64,000 bases of DNA from Mustelus asterias (GCF_964213995.1 NC_135809.1:38130001-38194000), one strand, 5' to 3'. Positions 24,455-36,944 are shown, counted from the first letter of the stretch. A program made the numbers and translations. The notes: generated by a model not told the origin, from the letters alone.

Positions 24455-25440
24455 GTTTATACTCACGGGATGCAAGCATCACTGTCAATGCCAATACTTG
24501 CTGCCCATTTTTAATTGCCCATGAGAACTTGGTGGTGAGCTATCACCTTGAACTACTGCAGCCCTGTGGTGTAGGTACATAGTTGTTAGGAAAGGAGGTC
24601 TAGCTTTTGACAGTAAAAGAGGGACAAATCACGATTATGAGTGTTGGAAGGGAATTTGGAGGTGATAGTGTTCTCAAGCACCTGCTGCCCTTGACCTTCT
24701 TGGAAAAGATTTTGGATTTGGAAGATGTTGACAAAGGCGGCAAGTTGCTTCAATGCATCTTGTTTGTATATGGTACACACTGCTGCCACTGCGCACCACT
24801 AATGGAGGGGGTGAATGTTTAAGGTCAAATGGGCTGCCTTGTCCTGGATGGTGTCAAGCTTCTTGAGTGTTGGGGCTGCATTTGTCAGTGTAAGTGGAGA
24901 GTGTTAGAGCGTTCCATCACACACCTGACTTTGAAATGATGCATTGGCTTAGGGGAATCAGGAGGTGAGTTACTCACTGCAGAATGTCCAGCTTCTGATC
25001 TGCTCTTGTAGCCACACAGGTCAGTTAAGTTTCTGGTCAATGGTAACACCCAGAAAGTTGATAGTGGCGGATTGAGTAATGGTAATTCCATAGGTTTTAA
25101 GAGGAGATGGCTAAAATCTCTGGTGTTGAAGGTAATCATTGCTCACCACTTATGTGGCACAATGCTGCTTTTCAGCCCAAGCCAGAATATGATCCAAGTC
25201 TTAACGCATTTCAGCATAGACTACTTCAATATTTGAGGGGATACAATTAAATGGTAATTATCAGCAAACATCCCACCTCTGACTTTATGATGGATGGAAG
25301 ATCATTATGAAACAGCTGAAGATGGTTGGGCCTCGGATAGAACCCTGAGGAATTTCTGCAGCAATGTCTTTTGGCCTCCAAAACCACAGCCATTTCCCAG
25401 CATCTCAAACTCAAGTCCTGCTTATTGCACCCTTTGTAAC
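24455..25440 (-). mobile_element. Degraded LINE (CR1/L2 group) ending in a GGGCAATTA..ATGGGCA tail
   Basis: Same family as 50000-51732 and 53750-55130; remnant of the PQGSILGP RT motif at ~25325-25350. Confidence 0.65.
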
Positions 25441-25932
25441 ATTCAATGTGGTGCAAAACTCTGCAAGCAATGAGTGTTAATGGATTTGGATGACTCCATG
25501 TGCTATGGAGGCAAAGCTTAAGAGGGTGATGTAGTTATGCAGTAGCCCTTAATTAGAAGCGTTACCAGTAACCCCATTATATACAACTAATTGTGGTTGT
25601 GTTATTTTGGTATGGGAAATAGTTTGAGTGCTACAGTAGCTTTCACCAGTCAAACTAAGTTTGTTCAAAACTGAGTTTTTTTGAACAATCAGACAGGGAA
25701 AGCTATATTTTTCTGGCGAACTGCTACCAGTTAAAATGGGCAACTGGCTAAACTTGAATTGTGGCTTAAAATATAAATGGAATGGAGTGGATAAAAGCAA
25801 GAATGTAATAGGTCCTGATGACAGAATCTAACTACAAGAAAGATGCCTCAAAGTGACCTACAGTGGCTGATCTACGTCAGGCAAGTTTCTACTTTTTATG
25901 CAAAAAGCTCTATCATTATTTCCTTCTCTTAG

Positions 25933-26081
25933 CTCCTACAGTTCCTGAGCGACTTCTCCTGGACGATAGCCTGACCAACATTCAGTGGCTGGGTAAGATG
26001 AGCACGGATAGCCTGGGTGCTTGCAGCGTGAAGGATGAAACTGAGAAAGAAAACCAAGAGCCTCCAACAGAAGGTGCCACT
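25933..26081 (+). CDS. FOXM1: FOXM1 coding exon 2
   Basis: LDDSLTNIQWLGKMSTDSLG...EKEN; acceptor tccttctcttag; donor ACT|GTAAGT; phases 1 to 0 fit. Confidence 0.95.
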
Positions 26082-26702
26082 GTAAGTGCTGCTCATCCTG
26101 GCTTGGTGTTCAATTCTGAGGCATTCCAAAAGCTGCATCGTTTTTGAAGTATTTACCCATTTGATAACTTTAGTTTACATGCACATATTCATAGAGAGCA
26201 ATTAACAATCTGAGGACGCATTGGGGTCAGGAACAATTATTGAGTAAGTGGATAGAAAGAGTACTGAGGGAGGAGGAGGCAAACCGCATAAAAGGGATGA
26301 ATTTGGAAGGGGAGAGTGACGGGATTGGACTGTAGTGAATGAGTGCTGGTCAGGAATCGGTTTGGGGACAGCAGAAGCAATGATTTGCTGGAAACAGGTA
26401 TGTTGAAAGAAGAGATGAATATTTTATGCAGCAAGTTCTGTGACTGTTGTATTTAGCTTTGTCTTGATTCCTTAGTGTTTCAGAATGGCTCGTATAGGAA
26501 GTTAAATGTTTATTTTTTACGGCCTCTTTTGGTTGGCTTAAGTAAGGTTAGGGAATGTAGAGTTAACTTGACCCTGTATATAACTAACGTAGACTACCTG
26601 CTTGGGGCAGTGTAAAGGAATACTTACTATGAATCTTTCCTTGCTTTAACTGTCCTGGGACTTACCTGACCAACATTAGAATTCAATTGTTTAAAAAACC
26701 TT

Positions 26703-26820
26703 GGCCGGAATTTTACCGCCACGGGAATCGGAGCGGGCGAGGGGCGGACAATGGAAAGATCTGTTGATCTCAGGCGGGATTTTACGGTTTCGGGATGAGC
26801 GAAGCCGTAAAATTCCCCCC
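26703..26820. mobile_element. Short MITE-like element with terminal inverted repeats
   Basis: GGCCGGAATTTTACCG ... CCGTAAAATTCCCCCC. Confidence 0.6.
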
Positions 26821-26946
26821 TGCCCCCTGCTCTGTGTGAATCTGATGTGTTGGTCCAAAATATATGCTTGCTGGCTGTGTTTTACAATATCCTCAGTATT
26901 TTGGTTTTGTTTCCATTTTCTGTGATGGATGCTCTCCTTATTGCAG

Positions 26947-27105
26947 GCAGAGTCAGTTCATGAACGACCTCCATACTCCTACATGGCTATGATACAGTTT
27001 GCGATAAACAGTACTCAGAGCAAGAGGATGACCCTAAAAGAAATCTACACCTGGATTGAGGATCATTTCCCTTATTTCAAACATGTGGCCAAACCAGGTT
27101 GGAAG
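26947..27105 (+). CDS. FOXM1: FOXM1 coding exon 3 (forkhead domain, N-half)
   Basis: [48 protein letters not shown]; ttgcag| and AAG|GTAAGA. Confidence 0.98.
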
Positions 27106-27136
27106 GTAAGATGAAAGTATTTAAATTGGTAGTGCT

Positions 27137-27522
27137 TTGGAGGAGGCGCAGTGGTATTATCATTGGACTAATAATCAAGGGATCCAGGGTCTGGGGGACC
27201 CAGGTTTGAATCCAACCAAGGCGAATGGTGAAATTTGAATTCAAATAAGAAATAAATCTGGAATTTAAAGTCTAATGCCAACTAATGAAACAATTGCCGA
27301 TTATCAAAAAAAAACCCTGGTTCACTAATGTCCTTCAGGGAAGGAAATCTGCTGTCCTTACTCGGTCTGGCCTACATGTGACTCCAGAGCCACAGCAATG
27401 TGGTTGACTTGTAACTGCCCTCTGAAATGGCCTTGCAAGCAGCTCAGCACAAGAGCAACTAGGGAGAGGCAATAAATGCTGGTCCAGCCAGTGACACTGA
27501 CATCCAATGATTTTTTAAAAAT
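27137..27522 (+). mobile_element. tRNA-derived SINE, second family
   Basis: GGCGCAGTGGTATTATC head; GGTTCACTAATGTCCTTCAGGGAAGGAAATCTG core; GGCAATAAATGCTGG tail; further copies at 34470-34782 and 56153-56687. Confidence 0.8.
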
Positions 27523-28142
27523 GAACAGTGGAGTGGAGGGTCACAAGTTCAGTCACCACTCCTGAAATCTCTTAGTAGTTCCTGATAAGTTGTGTCAGGT
27601 AGACACTGCAGAACATCTTATGGCAGCATTGAGAAAAAGGAGCGTGTGGTGTCCTACCTTGGTGCAGAGCTGAGGACTAGTGAACAAACCTTTGAGAACA
27701 AATGCATAAGAAACAAGAGCAGGAGTATCCTTTAATTCCCTTAGAATCAAAACATGCTTTGATTCAGGCTTGAATAAACTCTTGAGCAACCATCCCATTG
27801 ACAATCCTCTGGAGTAGAGAATTCCAAACATTCAGAACCCTCTGAATGAAGACATTTCTCCAGGCACCTCTATTTAGAGGCATTGTAGACTTTCTAGCCA
27901 GGGAAAACAGTCTCACAGGTTCTACCCCGCAAAGACCTCTCAGAATATCTATATATTCAATAAGATCACCTTTCATTCTTATCAATTCCAGAAATATTGG
28001 CCCATTCTGTTATCTCTTCTCATAAGATAACCTTCTCACTGCAGAAATCAACCCAACAAATTTTCAATGCAGTCCCTCCAAGGTTTCCTTGGGTACAGAA
28101 ACCAAACTGTACATAACACTACAGTTTTGGTCTTGCCAAAGT

Positions 28143-29997
28143 AGGGCGGCATGGTGGCACAGTGGTTAGCACTGCTGCCTCACAGCACCAGAGATCTGGG
28201 TTCCATTCCGGTCTTGGGTGATCTTGCAGAGTGTGCATGTTCTCCCCATGTCTGTGTGGGTTTCCTCCGGGTACTCCGGTTTCTCCTCTCAGCCCAAAGG
28301 TGTGCAGGTTATGTAGATTGTCCATGATCAATGCACAGGGTTATGCACAAGAAATAGCAGAAGTAATAGCAGATGCATTGGTTGTAATTTATCAAAATTC
28401 GCTGGACTCTGGGGAAGTGCTGGCTGATTGGAAAACAGCTAATGTGACGCCACTGTTTAAAAAAGGAAGTAGACAAAAGGCGGGTAACTACAGGCCGGTT
28501 AGCTTAACCTCCGTAGTTGGGAAATTGCTGGAATCCATCATTAAAGAAGAAATAGCAGGACAGCTGGAAAAAAATGGTACGATCAAGCAGACGCAGCATG
28601 GATTCATGAAGGGAAAGTCATGTTTGACGAATTTACTGGATTTTTATGAAGATGTAACGAGTGCAGTTGACAGAGGGGAACCAGTGGATGTGGTGTTTTT
28701 AGATTTCCAGAAGGCATTCGATAAGGTGCCTCACAAAAGGTTGCTGCAGAAGATTGGGGTACACGGAGTTGGGGGCAAAGTGTTAGTGTGGATTGAGGAT
28801 TGGCTATCTAACAGGAAGTAGAGAGTTGGAATAAATGGGTGCTTTTCTGGTTGGCAGTTGGTGACTAGTGGCGTGCCGCAGGGATCGGTGCTGGGGCCTC
28901 AACTGTTTACCATATACATAGACGATCTGGAGGAGGGGACCAAGTGTAGGGTAACAAAGTTTGCGGATGACACAAAGATGAGTGGGAAAGCGAATTGCAT
29001 GGAGGATGCGGAAAGTCCAGAGAGATTTGGATAGGCTAAGTGAGTGGGCGAGGATCTGGCAGATGGAGTATAACGTTGACAAGTGTGAGGTTATCCACTT
29101 TGGAAGGAATAATAGTAAAATGGACTATTATTTAAATGGTGAAAAATTACAACATGCTACTGTGCAGAGGGACCTGGGGGTCCTTGTGCATGAATCGCAA
29201 AAACTCAGTTTGCAGGTGCAGCAGGTGATCAAGAAGGCAAATGGAATGTTGGCCTTTATCGCGAAGGGGATGGAGTATAAAAGCAGGGAGGTCTTGCTGC
29301 AATTGTACAAGGTACTGGTGAGGCCACAGCTAAAGTACTGTGTGCAATTTTGGTCCCCTTATTTGCCACTAGGAAGGATATATTGGCCTTGGAGGGAGTA
29401 CAGAGAAGGTTCACCAGGTTGATACCGGAGATGAGGGGGTTAGCTTATGAGGAGAGATTGAGTAGATTGGGCCTGTACTCGTTGGAGTTTAGAAGGCTGA
29501 GGGGAGATCTTATAGAGACATATAAGATAATGAAAGGGCTAGACAGGGTAGAGGCAGAGAGATTCTTTCCACTTAGAAAGGAAACAAGAACTAGAGGACA
29601 CAGCCTCAAAATAAGAGGGAGTCAGTTTAGAACAGAGTTGAGGAGAAACTTCTTCTCTCAGAGGGTAGTGAATCTCTGGAATTCTCCGCCCATTGAAGCA
29701 GTGGAGGCTACCTCGTTAAATATGTTTAAGTCACAGGTAGATAGATTTCTGATCAATAAGGGAATTAAGGGATATGGGGAGCAGGCGGGTAAGTGGAACT
29801 AAACCACTATCAGATCAGCCATGATCTTATTGAATGGCGGGGCAGGCTCAAGGGGCTAAATGGCCTACTCCTGCTCCTATTTCTTATGTTCTTATGTTAC
29901 AGGGATAGGATGGGGGAGTGGGCCCAGGCAGAGTGCTTTTTCGGAGGGTCAGTGCAGACTCAATCAGCTTCCTGCACTGTAGAGATTCTGTGGTTCT
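28143..29997 (+). mobile_element. HE1-like SINE split by a young CR1 insertion (SINE parts 28143-28345 and ~29897-29997)
   Basis: SINE head and body before the CR1; SINE tail resumes after the CR1 TTCTTATG repeats. Confidence 0.8.
28347..29896 (+). mobile_element. Young 5'-truncated CR1 LINE (RT + C-terminus, frameshifted)
   Basis: ORFs 28231-28821, 28982-29422 and 29350-29802 carry RT motifs; (TTCTTATG)2 tail. Confidence 0.95.
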
Positions 29998-30703
29998 AAA
30001 GCCATGTGCAATCTCGCCAAAACTCTTCTACTCAAACAGACTTGCGATAAAGGCCAATGTTTTATTTGCCTTCTTAATTGCTTGCTGTCCTACAAGTTCA
30101 CTTGTGTTTCATGTACAAGGATACCTATAGACCTCTGAACAATAATGTTTAATAGTTTCTCATTTAAAAATAATTTGTTTTCAATTCTTCCTACCAGATT
30201 GATTTATTCCAAACATTATTACATTTAATAAGCAACAAGGCATGCTGAATTTAATCCATGCATTTAACCAAAAATAATTTATAAGCTGGGCGAATGTTCA
30301 TTATGATAGTAAGTGTATATGGTCTGCCTTCTGTGCAAAACTGTGTCGCCACTAGTACCTTGTTGGATTTCCAGGTAAGTAATTTCAGAGTGGTAATCTA
30401 TCTCCATTTCCACTCCATTAGAAGTTACAGCCCAGTATGTATGCCATTTCAAGAGCAGATTTTTCCTTCCATTTGGCAGTTCTGACAATCCTGGAGGTTT
30501 CCCTATAAACAATAAAAAAATTCAAGGAGCGTCTTTCTTTAATGCCAAATTCTGTTCACGCTCATGTGAAGCACTGCGGGACAATTCACTATGTCATGGT
30601 GCTATTTAAATGCAAGTTTTTTGTTGCCAATGCTTCTCATTTCTGCTTTGTTAACTTAGAATGCTGATTATCATCATAACGAACTCCTTCCTCCCTGCCT
30701 CAG

Positions 30704-30832
30704 AACTCTATTCGGCACAATCTATCTCTACATGACATGTTCATACGTCAGACTTCTCACAACGGCAAAATCTCACACTGGACAATCCGTGCTGAAGCCA
30801 ACCGCTTCCTGACATTGGATCAGGTTGTTAAG
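30704..30832 (+). CDS. FOXM1: FOXM1 coding exon 4 (forkhead domain, C-half)
   Basis: Manual translation NSIRHNLSLHDMFIRQTSHNGKISHWTIRAEANRFLTLDQVVK; 129 nt; cctcag| and AAG|GTGCGT. Confidence 0.97.
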
Positions 30833-30939
30833 GTGCGTTTATTGTTTATTTTGAAAAACACTGCTTTGTTTGTGCAGATTTATAGTTTCCTGTCAGGAGC
30901 TGGATAAGTATCTGGCTAATCACAATATTGAGAAGTGTA

Positions 30940-31112
30940 AGAAAAACAGAAAATGCTGGAAAATCTTAGAGCGCTGATGAACGGTCATCCAAACCCAAAA
31001 CATTAGCTTTATTCTCTCTCCACAGATGCTGTTAGACCTGCTGAGATTTTTCCAGCATTTTCTGTTTTTGTTTCAGATTCCAGCATCCGCAATCCGCAAT
31101 AAGTTGCTTTTA
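30940..31112 (+). mobile_element. Penelope-derived palindromic terminal fragment
   Basis: AAAAACAGAAAATGCTGGAAAATCT and AGATTTTTCCAGCATTTTCTGTTTTT form an inverted repeat around CTGATGAACGGTCATCC. Confidence 0.6.
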
Positions 31113-32413
31113 TCTTGAGAAGTGTAAGGGTTAGTCAAGACAATTCAATTCGCAATTACAATATGGAACAACCTGGAATCTGTGTTTCTGAGGTCAAGGA
31201 AATGCCTAATCATTTCGTTATGATACATTGTAATGTTCGGGTGATGTCAGGAGTTTTTCTCAATTATCTGGAGAACAGGGAAAAGCTCCTTTTGAAATTA
31301 CCTGAAATTAATATTAAAACAAATGTCAAAATCCAGGACAAATTTCTTTCTAACAAACGGAAGGAAAGTGCTTGACATTGCTTAATTTACTGGACTCCAT
31401 TGTCACTGAGGTATGCTTACCTATCTTTCCTCAGGTAAATGACGTCTTTATAACCAGGCATGTTTTGATTGTGTCTTCCAACTCTGGCTTCTTTGAGAAT
31501 CAGGAATGGCACACAATTGTTTTAAATTATGTATGTTTTATGTTAATTAGACCTGCAATGTTGATTATTCTGTTCAGTTGGTAAACTCGGCCAATCCATC
31601 TGTGTTCGTGTTATATCAGCTGTTCCTTCATATTTCCAAGATTTAAATATTCCAGATTTGCTATCGATGTAGTTTTGCATGAATATTTTGTGACAGAAGC
31701 AGGCCGACATGTAGAATGAATGATGTCTTTGTGGTTCTCTGCAAGAGCAACTTGGTTAGTCCCACACCCCCAATACTTTCCCCATTGCCCTGCGATTATT
31801 TTCCTTTCAAGTGCTTACCTAACTCCCTTTCAAAAGCCCACAATTGAATCTTCCTCCATCACACTCTCAGGCAGTGCTTGGCAGATCCTAACCAATCGCT
31901 ACATAAAATAAGTTTTACCTCATATCACCATTGATTCTTTTGCCAATCACCTTAAGTTGGTGATTGGCTGGTTCTTGATCCTTGGGCAACAGGAACAGTT
32001 TGTGCCCATTGACTGCCCAGACCCCAAGTGATTTTGAACACCATAATCAAATCTCCTCTCAACCCTCTCTTCTCTAAGGAAAACAACCCCAGTTTGTCCA
32101 ATCTGTCCAAACAGTTGAAGTCTCTCATCTCTGCAAACCATTCTCCTCAACCTTTATAGCATTTGCCTACAACATTCAAAGTAAACTAAGTGACTGTGAG
32201 GGGTTATCCTGAGGACTTGAAAGATATATGTATCAGCTGTTTTTGATGCTCATTATAGAAGGGGGCTCTTGAGTGACATGCTGCATTCATTGAGCTCAGA
32301 AAAATGGCCAGTTGCTGGGAGGCACCTCGTTGCAGTAGGATGTCCGCTTTATAAAATTTATATATGTATTTTAACCTTCAACACTTCTCGTTCTTGGTCG
32401 ACGTTTTATGCAG

Positions 32414-32482
32414 TCATCGGATTACAGCTCAACTGACCTGACTCATTGGATCCAAGCAGTGCCTGTGCTGGTCTGTCAACAA
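32414..32482 (+). CDS. FOXM1: Candidate FOXM1 cassette exon (position of mammalian exon Va/A1)
   Basis: ttttatgcag|TCA...CAA|GTAAGA; 69 nt, phase 0-0, open (SSDYSSTDLTHWIQAVPVLVCQQ). Confidence 0.5.
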
Positions 32483-33354
32483 GTAAGACCCATGTGCTAC
32501 TGGTGGCACCTTGTCACCTCTTTGTCCTGATTTTTATTTAGGTGGGCCATGGAAGGGGAGGCATTACTTTTGATGTTATATACTGGGACGTCAATAACCT
32601 CAGCTCTTATTTCTCTTTGACAAAATTCAGTACTTAAAACAAGTATGCATTAATTAATTTACTTGTAGACAGTGGGCTCTGCGTTCTATTGCTGCTGTGA
32701 GCTGTGCTTGCCCATACTATGGGTGGATGATTTTTTTTAAAATTAGGTTGTTTTGCTTCTGCCTTTCGACTCTGGCTTTTCTGGAAAATAGGAATGACAT
32801 ATGATTACATCAGGACCAAAGGGTCAGGTATACAAATGGGTGAGGAAGAATTAAGAGAAAGAAAATGAACAGGAAAGAATGGTGATATTAAAAACCGAGG
32901 GAAAAAAGGAAATGATGGGTTAAAAACCCAGAAAGCAAATGGATTCAGGAAATATAATCTCGCAAAAGGGACCTAGAGTACAGGAAGGAAATGGGACTGT
33001 GTGTGTGGATCACAGAAGCAAAAATAATATGAAGCAAGGAAAAATATTTGGAACATTTCCTTGGGTTATTTTTCATACGTTAAAAGCAAATATATTGGCA
33101 TGTGAATGTTTAGTAAATTATTGCCTATTCATGTCGTGTCAAAAAATTAAAATGAATTGATCAGTGACATCTAAATCATAGATTCAAATACAATTTTGTC
33201 TTGACTGACATCCATTGTAATAGTTTAAAAAGGGTTTCTGCATTATGCATCTTATCTTATTACATCTCTGCATAAGAAAAGTGCTGTGGTTCTGGCATGT
33301 TTATTAATCTTGCATTTATGAAAACATACTTTTAAAAAATCTGTTCAATTTTAG

Positions 33355-33412
33355 CAACAAAAGCGTACTGGTAACACTGAGCTGCCAAAGAACAACGTAG
33401 CCATCAGCACAG
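33355..33412 (+). CDS. FOXM1: FOXM1 coding exon 5
   Basis: ttttag|CAA; QQKRTGNTELPKNNVAIST resembles human QQKRPNPELRRNMTIKT; CAG|GTACGT, phase 1. Confidence 0.88.
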
Positions 33413-33583
33413 GTACGTGAAAAGGTCCACTTAACTTTGAAGTGCTTCGATTTCAATGTGTTTTTACGAGTTAACATCCATAAAGTGCAGACACTTGCTA
33501 GGGTTAGGCATGTTTAATAATATCACTGAGGGAGACTGGGAGTTGGGTTTCTGTTTGTTCAACCCAATGTCACTTGGGCAGGA

Positions 33584-34025
33584 AATGCCAGTCGCAGCGT
33601 CACAGATTGAACCTGGTTCATTCGGTAATGAACTGAATTGTTTTTATTTAACCTCCTATTATCTGGCTTTGCCACACCCTCAGGCCTAAAATTTTCCAAT
33701 GTCAGGGGCTTGACCCCACAATCTGGGATGTGTTCCCCACTGACCTCAACAGGCCTGCTGCATGGTTACACTCTTAATGAGCATTGATTGGCAGCAGGTG
33801 AGATTTCCCGCCTTGTGGAGCTGCTAGCCAATCAGATGAGCAGACAGCTCTCCGACCCATCCAGGTCAGTGGGGAACACATCCCAGATTGTGGGGTCAAG
33901 CCCCTGACATCTGAAAATTTTAAGCCTGAGGGTGTGGCAAAGCCAGATAATAGGAGGTTAAATAAAAACAATTCAGTTTATCACCGACTGAACCAGATTC
34001 AATCTGTGACGCTGCGACTGGCATT
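33584..34025. repeat. Inverted repeat: 163-bp arms (33584-33746, 33863-34025) with a 116-bp spacer
   Basis: Arms are near-perfect reverse complements, read directly. Confidence 0.93.
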
Positions 34026-34469
34026 CTGCAGTGGCCGGAAGAGGCACTGCCACAACATACCTGGGACTAAGTGTCGGGTCATGGAGGCTAGATAAGTGGC
34101 AGGCGTCCCATGGAGGGTAGGGGACTCTTGGGGAAGTTGGCAGTGGAGTGATTGGGGAATCGTTGAATGGGCTGGGAGAATGTCCGGAGGTATCCGGTCG
34201 TTGAGGAAAGGCGCCCACCCGAGATTGAGGATTCAAAGTTTCATAGGCTGTTCTAGGTGGTTACTTAAGGGCCTTAATTGGGGCAAGCGCTAGCTTCCTG
34301 TCTGAGGCCCAGCTTGCCCCATCATAAAATTGCTTCCAGGTCAGGCAGACGGGATTTTGAATTTGATTTGATTTATTATTGTCACATGTATTAGTATACA
34401 GTGGTAAGTATTGTTTCTTGAGCGCTACAAAGACAAAGCAAACCATTCGTAGAGGGGGAAAGGGAGGGG

Positions 34470-34782
34470 AGGAAGTGGCGTAGTGGTCATGTCTCTGGAC
34501 TAGACCCAGGGTAATGCTCTGGAAAGCTGGGCTCAAATCCCACCATGGCAGATGAAAGTTGAATTTAATAAAAATCTGGAAGTTAAAAAAGCCTAATGAT
34601 GACCATAAAACCATTGTCATAAAACCCAACTGGTTCACTGATATCATTTAGAGAAAGTATTTGCCATCCTTACCTGGCCTGGCCTACGTGTGACTCCAGA
34701 TCCACAGCAATGTGGCTGACTCTTAAATGGCTAGCAAGTCACTTAGTCCAAGGATATTTAGGGATAGGCAATAAATACCCAT
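34470..34782 (+). mobile_element. tRNA-derived SINE, second family
   Basis: Homologous to 27137-27522. Confidence 0.75.
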
Positions 34783-35815
34783 CAGCCCAGTTTGTCAGAA
34801 TCCAACATCTCCCCGCCCCCCAAACCAGCCAGGGTGGTGTAAAATTCAGGTCCCAGTGTAGGGCTTAAAATACTACAGAATAGATCAACCTATTTTAAGG
34901 AGTGTTTGTTTACAGGAAGAGGACTCAGGTTGACATTGTAAATTTCTCTAGAATTGAATGATGGCTGATTTCTTCATTAATTCAATGTTTGGTTCCTAAA
35001 CCTCTGACAAGACCTCAACCCACCATTTTGATATAAAGATTCAGCACAATGTGTATGGTTACTTTGGTGTAAACCATGCCCACATCCCAATGCTGCAATC
35101 TCCAACTCCCATACCAAACAGTGGACAAATGGGAAATTCTGACACTCTTGAAGGGAGCTCAGCAACAAGACCATTTGTAATAATTAAAGGGAGGGTATTC
35201 ATTTGGATTACCCCTTCATTCTAAAGATTGATGAAACACAGAACACTTGTGTTCTGTCATCTGTGTTAACCTCTTCTATATTGGCCAGAGACAGCCTGGA
35301 AGCTGCATGGAACTTCTGTTGTGACAACCTGAATAAAAAAGATGAGTACTGACTGCAGAGGTATCAGCAAACAACATCAGCCCAGTTTGTTAGAATCCGC
35401 CAGCAATATTTTGAAGTGACAGGATCTGGATTTACAACCCCCATTCGCAACATTGTCGTTATCTATCTTGATTTTGGAGTTGAGGATGTGTAAATTGGTG
35501 ACAACCTCGGGTGTGGGAGCAAATAGCAAAGCAGGGCGCAGCTGTGTGAAAGAGGTGAATTTGTGTCAAAGCAGATGAAGTCATTAGTTGAGAGGGAGAT
35601 TATCTTAATTATTTTATTTCAATTATTAGTGTATTCAGTTCTGAGCACTGTCTAGCTCAATTATTGTTTCCAGCCTTATTCTATGATGATAGAGCTAAAT
35701 TAGGGTTGAATTCCATAAGATAGAAAAAGGATGTTAGTTGGTTATCAAATGCTAGAGGGGAGGTGGTGAGTTACACTTCAATAAGCCTGCTGGATAAACT
35801 GTTTTCTTTGCACAG

Positions 35816-36015
35816 AAGTTAATCTGAGAAAAATGAAGCCACTGTTGCCACGGACTGACTCCTACCTGGTGCCCATTCAGCTACCAGTCACCTCCTCCCT
35901 CATCCTACAGCCATCTCCTCACATCACCATGCCAACAATCCAGGGGCACCCTTCCTCAGCCACCAGCAGCAGCGAGCTGGCCAGGAAGCGCAAGCGTGTT
36001 CGGATTGCACCAAAG
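35816..36015 (+). CDS. FOXM1: FOXM1 coding exon 6
   Basis: RKMKPLLPRTDSYLVPIQLPV...KRVRIAPK|GTGAGA; acceptor ttctttgcacag; phases 1 to 0 fit. Confidence 0.96.
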
Positions 36016-36944
36016 GTGAGATTATTTTTCCTTTAATGTGGTTCACACTCACGGGATACAGTCCTCAAATAATCAACATGTTAATTTTAGGCATTCCAAG
36101 GTACCCACGAATGCAGCCTTCCAATATCTCCTGACATCAGTGTATCCGGTTCTAATGCTATGATGCTTACCAGTGGGAAACTTAAAACTTTCCAAAGATG
36201 TAAAACATTCTGTAGCCACCCCAGAAATTTCTCTTTTGTATAAAATCTGTACCTGAAGGATGCCACACACATCTGGGCTCAAATAACATTGATTGATAAA
36301 ATGCTTGACCTCTTCCAGTTTGTTCAGCCAGCCTTTGGATTATGTTGTATCATCGCAGTGTGTAGCTGTAATGATGGCCTGTCTATGATCCTCTGTGTGA
36401 AGAACAATCTGCTCAGAAATGTGGATTTGCTAGCCCGTAATGAAACAACGCAGCAGTACTGTAACCTTCAGATTAATGAGGCATAGTTTTTCTTTGTTTT
36501 CTGTCTGCTCATCCCAACCTGATCAGCTGTCTAAGATTCAGGAACCAGCATCAGGGAAATTGAGCGTGCACATGCATCCTACATATGCTCAATAACACAG
36601 CGGATTGGTACTTAGGCACAACCCTGACATCTTATCAATTACACATAAGAGTGTGATTGTGCACCACTGTTTAGTTTCAACGTACTGTTCTTACTTCTCC
36701 TAATTTCCAGTTCTTTGTCAAACCCTTAGTCCTGACTAAGGACTGTAAAAGTTTTTTTAAATGAGCCTTCACATGGCATTGAAGGCAAGTTCCACACTTC
36801 AGTTTGTTGAATTTTGGTTTCAGTTTTGGCACTGTCAGGTGTTCCAATCATATTGTTATAGTTATGGGGTGAGGGTCTCTGTCTGGCCATGATTGGTTCA
36901 CAGTGTTGAAACATTGTGACTTTCTACTGTTTAGAAGACAAAAG

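Noticed and set aside
28143-28215. tRNA genes at SINE heads
   Set aside because: A/B-box-like heads run into SINE bodies and have no complete cloverleaf
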